Under the pieces are notes generated by a model. That model searched no databases. It had not been told where the DNA came from and worked only from the letters and a program-made list of their open reading frames with translations. Of a DNA stretch of 49,179 nt, positions 1 to 9,500 are shown piece after piece. Position numbers and translations under genes: made by a program. This DNA is from Candidatus Thorarchaeota archaeon (GTDB taxonomy: Archaea > Asgardarchaeota > Thorarchaeia > Thorarchaeales > Thorarchaeaceae): the NCBI GenBank assembly GCA_046758445.1, contig JBHIAE010000022.1, positions 1 to 49,179 on the forward strand. The letters run 5' to 3'. Position 1 is the first letter of the stretch. The number at the start of each line of letters is the position of its first letter.

Positions 1-2
1 AA

Positions 3-3000
3 GCTGAGGTTCAGAGTTTTGGAGACCAGTTTTCAGTATCTAATGCCTCTCAGGTACAATGGAACAGCTACTATTTCGTTGCTGTTCCAAATGGCTACGA
101 AGACTACTTCTTCTTCAATACCACGAAGCATAGCGCAAGGGTCATAGACATCGTGTCCGAGCCTCGCTATCCAAGTACCGATTTCACGTTCTGGTCGACA
201 AGCAGTGAGAGTTTGAACGTTTCAGTGTATAGTGGTGTGACGGGAACCTATCAGAACGGCTTCTGGCGAATTCAAGGACACTCGGCCAACATTGTCCAGG
301 AACTTCAGATGTGGACCGGAACGTCTTGGTCTCCCTCTTACATCTACCGAGCTAATGATAATGTACGATTTAGAGCACAGCTTGATACTTCCTTCAACGG
401 CGCCACAGTAACCTTTGTAGTCCGTGATCCAACGAGCGCCATATGGGACACACTGACAGCTCAAGTAGTGGCCGGCTACGCAGAAACATCTGACGTGAAC
501 TTGGATGCCTTCACTGCGACCGTAGGTGAATGGACAGTTCAGGCCTATGCGAATGATTCGATTTCTGGTGGCCCCGTTCAGAATGTGGGCCTATACTCAC
601 GAACATTCGCTGTTGAACACAGCACCGACATGTATGTTATCTATCCTAGGGAGTCTGTAGCTAGTTGGACTCGGAACCTCACATACGGTCAAGACATGCT
701 TCTCCAACTCCGAGTAAACGACTCTGACAACGGTGACTTACTTCCGGGTGGAGATGCAACATTCAATTGGACCACAGGTACTGAACCGCTCAACGACATG
801 GGGACTGGAGAATACAGCACTGTCCTCAATACCGCAGACCTAGGTGTTCCTGGTCGATATGCGATTGCCATCTACTGGAATCGACAGAACTATGATCCTA
901 TCTCGAAGGTCTTTGTAATCAATGTTGTTGAAGAAACGACCCTTCAGTCGCCCAGTGCTCCAGGGGTCACCGTCCCCCACGGTTGGAATGCAACTCTAGA
1001 GCTATTCTTTGCTGACTCTTCAGGGTCAGGAATCCAAGATGCGATATTGACATGCAACTGGACTGATTCTCCCTACTACATAACCCCTGAAGTCGGCGAA
1101 CCAGGGAACTACACACTGACCATAACCACCTACAATTCCGTTCTCGATACATTTGCAGTGCTAGTAAAAGCTCAGAAAGACTTCTACGTGACCTCTCAGA
1201 TTACGCTCTTTGTTGAAGTTAGACAATTGTTCACTTCTGTTTCGGTCTCACACAGCATCTTCAGTCTGCCAATTGGATATCAGGAGTCTATCACTCTGAC
1301 TTATTGGGACACTGACCATGATTTGCCGATCTTGGGCGCGGAGAGCTCTATCTGGACCAACTGGTCAGACTATCACCAGTTTGGCGATCAGAACTACACG
1401 GTTGCGATGGTTTCGCCTGGAGTCTATGAGATAGTATTCTTCTCTATAGAAACAGACACAATAGGCACAAACGCAGTACGATTTGAGGTTACTCGCTTTG
1501 GATATCAGAATCACACTTTCGAAGTCACCGTGGACGTTTCAACCCATCTAACTTCATTCAGACTTGACAACCCTGTGGAGCCGACACCGTTCACGGTCGA
1601 CATCGCTATCCAGGTCACCTACTTTGATGAATCTACGTCGACAGGAATCGTCGGACCAGACGTTCTGATTTACGCAACAACACCAGGCATCAGTCCGTTT
1701 CTCTACACTGTCACGAACGGTTCAGCTCAAGGGTCGTATGTCATAACGATTCCTGCCAACCAATGGGGCGACATTGGATGGAAGGACTTGACGCTCTATG
1801 CAAACTGGACAGGACCGCGCAGCAAGTTTGACAATCTTACTTTGGATGTCAGCGTTAGGATTTCCGGTTCGCCTGCAGACCTCTTCATTGGACAGAGTCC
1901 CGTTTCCACTCCTTACGGGGAGAACATCAATTTCACGGTCGTCTACTGGGACGTGGGCAACAGTACCGGAATAGTGAACGGTACTGGACCTTACGCATTC
2001 AACGTTACGATACGCGTAGATGTACTAACACCGGGCCAAACACTCACTCAGGCACTGATGATCATAACTGAGGTTGACTACATCAACAGACCCGGGGAAT
2101 ATCGTATCGTGTTCAACACCTCTCATCTAAGTGGGCTAATTGGATGCGAGTTGAAGATTTGGTTCAATTGGACCAGGGGTGCCATGCCTCTCTATGAGAA
2201 TAGGACTCTACTATTGACGGTCTATTCAACGTATCGTCAGACAGTTGTGGATACTACAAGTCTCCCTGTGTCTCCATTTGATGAGAAAGTGAACCTCACC
2301 ATTGCTTACAAAGATGTCCTCACTGGTGCCAACATCCAAGACAGCGGTAGTCTGTCGATAACAACGCCTGGCTATGCGTTCAATGTAATATACGATGGCG
2401 ATGCCACAGCGCTCTTCTTCATCGAGGTAGATACTCTTCTGTTCACTTCTCCAGGGACATATAGCTTTCAGGTTGTGGTTGAGTGGTCTGGGGGCCCCTT
2501 CTATCAGAATCGTACGGTCGACATTCTCATCACTGTTCGAGAGAGATACACCTCATTAACCCATGGTTCCTATGGACAAGTGCAGTATGGCAACAATCTG
2601 ACACTGGTGTTTACCTACACCGACCTAGATGATTTCACAAGTGTAGGCATGAATGGCGGAACGCTGACCGTACCAGGACTGGTTGGGTTCTATGATATCA
2701 CGGACAACGGCGACGGCACATATACATTAGAGCTAGGGACAGATGCATTCCCATCAGTAGGAACTTTCGTCGTCAATGTCTCAATTGTTTACGGAGGAAC
2801 CCGTCACTGTGCGGATGCCACAGATTTCTTCCATCTCACTGTTGTGGAGCGAAGGACCCAACTCACGAGTGATCCTCCAGACCCAGCACCCTTCCTGACC
2901 CAGGCGAATATCACAGTTCACTACATTGACGATAACACGGCCTCAGGAATTGCGGGGGCAGACGTCTACGCGACATGTGCCACTGCCACTGAGCCCCTAT

Positions 3001-6000
3001 TGTTGAACACAAACTATTGGGTCGACGACTTGGGTGGAGGCAGCTACCAAATCAGAATGTCCACGGTAGCACTTGGCAACTTCGGATCCTACACTATAGA
3101 AGTGACTGCAAATTGGACGGGTACTCCATTCTACATGGAACGTGCAAGAAGCGTTGACATTGAGGTTTCACGGCGACCTGTTGGTTTCACAGTTTCAAGA
3201 TCGCCTCTAAACACGCCTTTCCTCGAGAACGTGACATTTGAGATAACAATCTCGGATTCACGGGACGGGACTCCAATAACCGTAGATAAATCGACGCTCA
3301 TCCTGAGTCATAATGGCGGCATTGCTATTCTAAACTCGGAATACAGCATCAGTGGATCCAATGGAGTCTACTTGATTTCGATAAACTCGACTGTTCTCAC
3401 TCCGGTTCTCGTCACCGGTCATCCGATAGAGGTCAAGTTCTTCTGGGGTGACATGGTTCCATACTATGCCAATGCTACTACTGCGACTCAGGTAAACATT
3501 GGTCCGCGCTTTACACAGGGAAGAGTGCTTTCGACTCCTGCAGCCTTCTACTCATTCAACCTGAGTGCAGTCATTGAGTACAGCGACTATCTAACAGGAA
3601 GGCCGATTCCTAGTGCTTCGGTTACCTTCCTCTGTCTGAACGACTCTTCATTTTGGAGCGATATCATTCCTCTAGGCGATGGGAGTTACAAGATTCTCGT
3701 TGATACAAATGATCTCTCTGGCATTGGACGCTATTACTTCATGGCCAACTTCACCTGGACTGGCCCTCCTTACTACGACAATGTCTACGGTCTTGAGTTC
3801 AGTGTGGTTGTGAATCCAGTTTCAACCAGCCTCAATTTCGTACTACTGCCCGGTGTGACCTACTACCTCGGAGACATCGTCGTAGGGAACATTACCTTTA
3901 CCGATATCCTGGAGGGTCGTGGAATTGATGGAGCCATCATCACGAGTGACTGGAACTCAACATACGCTCCGTCTATTGCACTCATCACCCCTCTAGGGAA
4001 TGGTATCTATCGAATGTCCATAAACACCTCCGGCCTTGACGCACAGGTCTATCCCTTTACTGTGAGTGCATTCAAGCTTCTGCATCTAAATAGGTCAATA
4101 ACCGCCGACGTATTCCTGGCAGCAATTCCAGTCGAGATAGAGCTGGTCTTTACTCCGACGAATCCTGAGTGGGGGGAACCGGTAGAGCTGAGTGCAAACG
4201 TAACAGATGCTAGAAATGGGAATCCAGTCCTTCCAACTATCGCGGACCCGGAGCCGGTGAACCTGACAATCTCGGGAACAACCTACGTCATGGTACATCA
4301 GGGTGGCGGAATCTACAACATTACGATACCTACTGCAGGCTTTGTAGCCGGTGAGTACACACTGAGAGTCAGATGTGCTCTGCTTAACCATGAATCAAGA
4401 CAGAAGGACTTCCAAATGAGAATCTACAAGGTCGCCTCGAAGATCTCAGCATCCCTCGACCCACAAGTGGCAGTTAACGGCCAGACAGTCACGGTTGAAG
4501 CCGACTATCTTATCCTTTCAAATAACTCGCCAATTGGGATAGGAGTAGTGACCTACAGCTGGATTGGCGGCTTTGGTAATCTAACATGGGTGCCCGCTCA
4601 ACAGAAGTATGTCGCAAGCTTCATGGTTAGTAATGCTGCAGTTGGAAACCACCAGATTCTGATTCAGGCGACTTCAAGCGTCTACAAGAGCGTGAGTACA
4701 CCAATAACGATCGAGATTACAGAAATCACCACTTCATTGACAGCATATCAGGGAATCACTGTACTATCTGCCGTGTCCGGAGACACGGTCAACGTGACAG
4801 TCTATATGAACAACACAGCCCTCGGTCTGCCGGTCACAGGTGCGTCTGTTGCGTACAGCATTCCAGGAGCCGCCGGAGACCTCACAGAAATCGGTGGTGG
4901 TTACTATTCAGCGGATGTGTCTACAGGAACACTTCAAGTGGGCGAATGGATTCTTGGTGTTTCGGGAGCAGCGCCTGGCTTTACTCCATCTTCGACCCAG
5001 TTCACTATTACAATTCTGAAGATTCCCACAATAGTCGAGATACTAGGCGAAGCACTGATTGGCGAGTACTATGGTCGAAACGTCACCTTCCTCTTGCGTT
5101 TCCATGACATCCACAATGACGTCGGAATATCTGGTGCAACTGCGACGTATGTTCTCGAGCTAACGGGCGGCACACTCCAGGAGATGGGCAATGGTACCTA
5201 CTCGCTGACAGTCAACACGACCTGGGTTTCAGCCGGAATGCATTCTCATGACATTTCTGTGACTTTCCAGAAGAACCTGTACGACTATGCTTATGGTACT
5301 GTGAAGCTGGTGTCAATGCCAATTCCTACTGAGGTGATTGGCGCGGTCGAAGCCGATGTTCCCGTGGGTGACGATTACACCCACGTATTCCAGTTCAACG
5401 ATACTCTCCACAATGAGTTGTTGGATAATGCTACTGCTATTGCATTCTGGGATTTCGCACCAGTTTCTCTTACACCGCTCGGTGGAGGAGCATACAGATT
5501 CGGACCAACAGAGGCCAATCTGTCAAGCAGGCTAGATGTTCGAACTACACCGTACAGGATCAGGATCCAATTCAGCAAGGCTAACTACAGTGTTGAGGAA
5601 ATCACGTTCATGCTAACGATACGAGAGATAAGGACCGAGTTGAGAGTTGAACCACTTCCATCTGCCATCTACGTGCAAGAGGTCTTCTATGTCCAAGTGA
5701 CATTCTGGGACTTGGACCACGACGTTGCTATACCTGGTGCCTTCAACTCTACCACTGGCCTGGACAACTTGCCTGAGTTCGCAGAAGACTATGGAGATGG
5801 AACGTATCTGTTTGCATTTCTTCCGCCAGCGGTTTCCTCGTATGAACTTGTGATCACCCTGAGCATGATGGACTACCAAGATGCTTCAGAAGTACTGTTC
5901 ATTCAGGCCGAGTTCACGCCTGAAGCTCAGACTCTAATGCGTAGCTTCATGTGGGGTGGCATTCTCCTCATCTTGATCGCTGGACTTGCATCAGCTTATG

Positions 6001-6575
6001 TCAGAGTTTGGTCAGTTCCAAAGCTACTGAGGACCTTGAGACGAATGGTCAGTATGCTGCGCAAGGGTCAGATTCCTGCGCCCGCAGACGTGCGCGATCG
6101 GAGGGCGGTCATACTTGAGAATATGAACGAGGATTTGGCACCTGTTGGACTTTCGAAGGAGTACGAAGACGTAGCTCCTTCCACTGTCGAAGTAGAAGCA
6201 TTAGATGTTGAAAGACTACTCGAGGAGCTACGTGTGGTCATTGGACTGACAGAGGAAGACGTGACAGTTCTTCGTCACGATTTGGATCGAATGCGGCCTA
6301 GCGAGAGAGCAGGCTTCATTGGAGAGGTTCTACGTCAGGAGCGAGCTAGGAGGGCTCGGGAGCTCGCAGAGGCGGAACTGGTGGCGGAAGAACCTGAAGC
6401 GGTCGTTGAAGCCGAGAGAAGACTCACCGAGGAAGAGCTTGAACATCTCAGAGAAGAGCTGATCAAGATGGGCATAGAACCGTCTGAGGCCGACCTGATG
6501 GTAGAGCAGGCAAGGTCCCTGACCAAGGCGGAGATAGACGCTCTGCTTGATCAGATAGGAGGTTTGAAGGAATGA
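3..6575 (+). CDS. Giant single-pass surface protein, A-type paralog (A1); 5'-partial
   Basis: Frame is open from position 3 (AEVQSFGDQFSVSNASQVQWNSYYFVAVPNGYEDYFFFN..., aligning to ~residue 400 of the paralogs), so the GTG at 153 is not the true start. 17 ~100-aa Ig-like repeats (D-x-G-N/D-G-x-Y motifs), many N-x-S/T sequons, TM helix at ~5944-6010, acidic helical cytoplasmic tail ending IGGLKE. Confidence 0.9.
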   Translation, partial: AEVQSFGDQFSVSNASQVQWNSYYFVAVPNGYEDYFFFNTTKHSARVIDIVSEPRYPSTDFTFWSTSSESLNVSVYSGVTGTYQNGFWRIQGHSANIVQELQMWTGTSWSPSYIYRANDNVRFRAQLDTSFNGATVTFVVRDPTSAIWDTLTAQVVAGYAETSDVNLDAFTATVGEWTVQAYANDSISGGPVQNVGLYSRTFAVEHSTDMYVIYPRESVASWTRNLTYGQDMLLQLRVNDSDNGDLLPGGDATFNWTTGTEPLNDMGTGEYSTVLNTADLGVPGRYAIAIYWNRQNYDPISKVFVINVVEETTLQSPSAPGVTVPHGWNATLELFFADSSGSGIQDAILTCNWTDSPYYITPEVGEPGNYTLTITTYNSVLDTFAVLVKAQKDFYVTSQITLFVEVRQLFTSVSVSHSIFSLPIGYQESITLTYWDTDHDLPILGAESSIWTNWSDYHQFGDQNYTVAMVSPGVYEIVFFSIETDTIGTNAVRFEVTRFGYQNHTFEVTVDVSTHLTSFRLDNPVEPTPFTVDIAIQVTYFDESTSTGIVGPDVLIYATTPGISPFLYTVTNGSAQGSYVITIPANQWGDIGWKDLTLYANWTGPRSKFDNLTLDVSVRISGSPADLFIGQSPVSTPYGENINFTVVYWDVGNSTGIVNGTGPYAFNVTIRVDVLTPGQTLTQALMIITEVDYINRPGEYRIVFNTSHLSGLIGCELKIWFNWTRGAMPLYENRTLLLTVYSTYRQTVVDTTSLPVSPFDEKVNLTIAYKDVLTGANIQDSGSLSITTPGYAFNVIYDGDATALFFIEVDTLLFTSPGTYSFQVVVEWSGGPFYQNRTVDILITVRERYTSLTHGSYGQVQYGNNLTLVFTYTDLDDFTSVGMNGGTLTVPGLVGFYDITDNGDGTYTLELGTDAFPSVGTFVVNVSIVYGGTRHCADATDFFHLTVVERRTQLTSDPPDPAPFLTQANITVHYIDDNTASGIAGADVYATCATATEPLLLNTNYWVDDLGGGSYQIRMSTVALGNFGSYTIEVTANWTGTPFYMERARSVDIEVSRRPVGFTVSRSPLNTPFLENVTFEITISDSRDGTPITVDKSTLILSHNGGIAILNSEYSISGSNGVYLISINSTVLTPVLVTGHPIEVKFFWGDMVPYYANATTATQVNIGPRFTQGRVLSTPAAFYSFNLSAVIEYSDYLTGRPIPSASVTFLCLNDSSFWSDIIPLGDGSYKILVDTNDLSGIGRYYFMANFTWTGPPYYDNVYGLEFSVVVNPVSTSLNFVLLPGVTYYLGDIVVGNITFTDILEGRGIDGAIITSDWNSTYAPSIALITPLGNGIYRMSINTSGLDAQVYPFTVSAFKLLHLNRSITADVFLAAIPVEIELVFTPTNPEWGEPVELSANVTDARNGNPVLPTIADPEPVNLTISGTTYVMVHQGGGIYNITIPTAGFVAGEYTLRVRCALLNHESRQKDFQMRIYKVASKISASLDPQVAVNGQTVTVEADYLILSNNSPIGIGVVTYSWIGGFGNLTWVPAQQKYVASFMVSNAAVGNHQILIQATSSVYKSVSTPITIEITEITTSLTAYQGITVLSAVSGDTVNVTVYMNNTALGLPVTGASVAYSIPGAAGDLTEIGGGYYSADVSTGTLQVGEWILGVSGAAPGFTPSSTQFTITILKIPTIVEILGEALIGEYYGRNVTFLLRFHDIHNDVGISGATATYVLELTGGTLQEMGNGTYSLTVNTTWVSAGMHSHDISVTFQKNLYDYAYGTVKLVSMPIPTEVIGAVEADVPVGDDYTHVFQFNDTLHNELLDNATAIAFWDFAPVSLTPLGGGAYRFGPTEANLSSRLDVRTTPYRIRIQFSKANYSVEEITFMLTIREIRTELRVEPLPSAIYVQEVFYVQVTFWDLDHDVAIPGAFNSTTGLDNLPEFAEDYGDGTYLFAFLPPAVSSYELVITLSMMDYQDASEVLFIQAEFTPEAQTLMRSFMWGGILLILIAGLASAYVRVWSVPKLLRTLRRMVSMLRKGQIPAPADVRDRRAVILENMNEDLAPVGLSKEYEDVAPSTVEVEALDVERLLEELRVVIGLTEEDVTVLRHDLDRMRPSERAGFIGEVLRQERARRARELAEAELVAEEPEAVVEAERRLTEEELEHLREELIKMGIEPSEADLMVEQARSLTKAEIDALLDQIGGLKE

Positions 6576-9500
6576 AGGTCAGGACAAGAATGCTCGTTGT
6601 AACTCTGATGGCACTCCTAATGCTAGTCAGCGCCAATGTGATGAGTAGTCCATGGACGTCAGAATTCGGCGGCATCAATGAGTTCGCATCTTTAGACCCA
6701 GATACTTCTCAGAACAAAGAAGATGCAAGAATGCCGCAATCTCCAATCTTCTCTTTGTCCGAGCAGGGTCTGACTGAATGGTCGGGTCAGTCCACCGAAC
6801 TGCCCACGATGGCCTATGGCAATCGAATAGATATGTTCGAGGACAATCAGAACAGATACTTCCCTTCAAACGGTTCAACAAGCGATACCTCAGTCTTTGT
6901 GCCGATGGGAGCGGGATGGGAAGGTCAAGAGCTATTCGTCGAGGTCTATGAGCTTACCGAGAATAGAACTTGGTTTGTGGACCCGGAGATGGAAGTAGGT
7001 GGTGCCCCTTGGTCGTTGGGAACCGTATCCGTCGGAGGAGGTGCAGCTCCGGAGGCAAACTGGCTCCCTGACGGTCACGGAAGCGGAAACGACTGCGTAG
7101 AATTCAGGATGACGAGTCCAGATGGAGACCCTTCAACCGGAGAGAGAGCCTATGCACGACAGAACGTCGCCGTAGACCGCGGGGATGTTGTCTGGGCTGG
7201 ATTCAGACTAGACTACTGGATTGACTCCGCCTGGGGCGCAGACGGATTCGTGGCAGTATACGTGTCAATTGAAACAAATGACTATACTCAGCGAGTTTGG
7301 CAGAGGTCCTTTGCAGATGTGACACAGGCTCAGACTTGGTTTGACAGTGGACTTGTTGTTCTGCAGGACTTGAGCATCTTCGACCTATCAGATGGTCTAG
7401 ATATAGAAGTGGGTCTGTATAGTCAGCAGTCTGTGAACTACTGGCCAGACCTTGATCCCGAGGCAAGAGTCGACAATGTTGAACTATACATAATGACTCT
7501 TACAGATCCCAGCGATGTGAACCTCCAGGTAAATGGGCTGGACGTGAATGATTTTGTGGTTGGAGCTTCAACGATTCCTGGGCTCGGCAATCGAACACAC
7601 GTTCCTGCCACGGAATGGACTTCAAATCCATTGCAAGTCAACTTCACATGGACACCCAGTCCTTCAACACCAGATCCTGATAGAGAGATCAGAGTTGACT
7701 TTAGCGTAAGAACGACTCTCTACGCCAGAGGCGCCGGGGCAACTGTTACGACACAAGATCCGGCAGCCTTCGGGGAATCATTCACCGCATCAAATGCATC
7801 TGAAATAGAGTATCTCACATGGTTCCATGCAGATATCCCTGAAGGGTATGATGAGGAGTACTACTTCAACATCAGCCTTCCGGAGAATCGGGATGTTTAC
7901 TTCGTTGGATCTCCCCTTCTTACATCAGAGAATATCACCGACTGGGACGAGGGACATGGTCCAGGATGGTATGCAAACATCTCTGCATTCGAGCATCTGG
8001 ATAGATGGGGATACTGGCTGGTAAGGAGCCATGGGTCAAACATGATCACAAATATCCTCATGGTGAATTCCACGACAGGTCGGACATCTGAGTTTCTTGG
8101 TTTAAGAGCACACGATACAACCAGATTCGTCGTAGAAGTGGGTGCTCAGTTTGCTGGCATTGAAGTGAATCTAACGGTGTATGACCCCTCAGGCACCGAA
8201 TGGTATTCAGAAGCAGCTATCGTGAATGGGACCGGATACGCGGAAACAAGAGAATTGACATTTGGAGTGAATGCTACCGCTGGTCAGTGGCTAGTGCAGG
8301 CCTTGTGCAATAACAGCATGGCTGGCTCAGCATGGAACAAGACGGGCTTCTTCAGTAGGTCCTTTGAAGTGACGCATGCATCCTTCTCGGAATTGCTCAA
8401 TCCAGCAGATGCAGTCGTTACTTGGACCACCAATGTGACTCGGCCCGACCTCTTTCTTGTGAGGATTCGCATAAACGACAGTGACATACCTTCGATCGCA
8501 GTTTCTGGAGGCCAGATGAGCTACAATTGGACGACTGGTACAGAGTACTTCAGTGACAGTGGAACCGGGCAGTACACAGTGACTCTTGACTCGGGCGACC
8601 TCGCACAGAAGGGTGAATACACTATCAATATTGATTGGGTACACCCATACTTTGACGCGATTTCAGACGTTCTTACAGTCTATCTGAATCTCGATGCGGA
8701 GATAGTCCTCGAGGTTCCTGACTCTCCGGGCCTATCGATACCAAGCGGCTACAACGAGTCATTCAGAGTTAGGTTTGAGGACGACATTGGGAATCCTATT
8801 GACTATGGAATAGTCGACTGCAATTGGTCGAGCTACTACAGTGTTAAACCCGTTACTGGCTCACCAGGAAGCTACATCTTCTGGCTAAACACAACCTTCG
8901 TCGGTCTGGGAGAATACGTGATTGCGGTAACTGGAGAAGCCAGCTTCATTCTCCCACAGACATACCTGGTCTACGTTGAAGTGAGAGAACTATACACTCG
9001 TATTTGGTATCTTCAGAACGTACTTGAAATCCCGCTTGGTGAGGCAAGTGACTTTACTGTTGACTGGATCGATGCTGACCACGAATTGCCACTTATAGGT
9101 TTGAACAACTCCATTGAAGTCAACTGGACTGGTTCATACTCTGTTGATGAAATCTCACCAGGTACCTACAACATTACTATGTTCACGGAAGACGCCGACA
9201 CCTTGGGAACATATCCTGTGAAGGTGACCTTGTCAGGTTCATTGATGCAGAACCAGTCCTTCGTGATACAAGTGATTGTGAGACCGCATAATACCTTCTT
9301 CACGCTTGATGAACCGGTAGGCGACACTCCATACGGGGAGGAAGTCGTCATACTCGTATTCCACCTCGATACAGACTTCTCCACTGGGACCTCGAATGCA
9401 ACTGGGGACTTGAGTATCTCAGTTACAACTCCTGGGATTGTTGGGCTTCAGTACGTAGTTTCTGACTCTACTTTGGGTGTAGGCCATTTCAACATAACAA

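Noticed and set aside
153-155. GTG start of the first ORF as given in the ORF track
   Set aside because: The frame is open to the window edge and homology to the paralogs continues upstream; the gene is 5'-truncated by roughly 400 codons.
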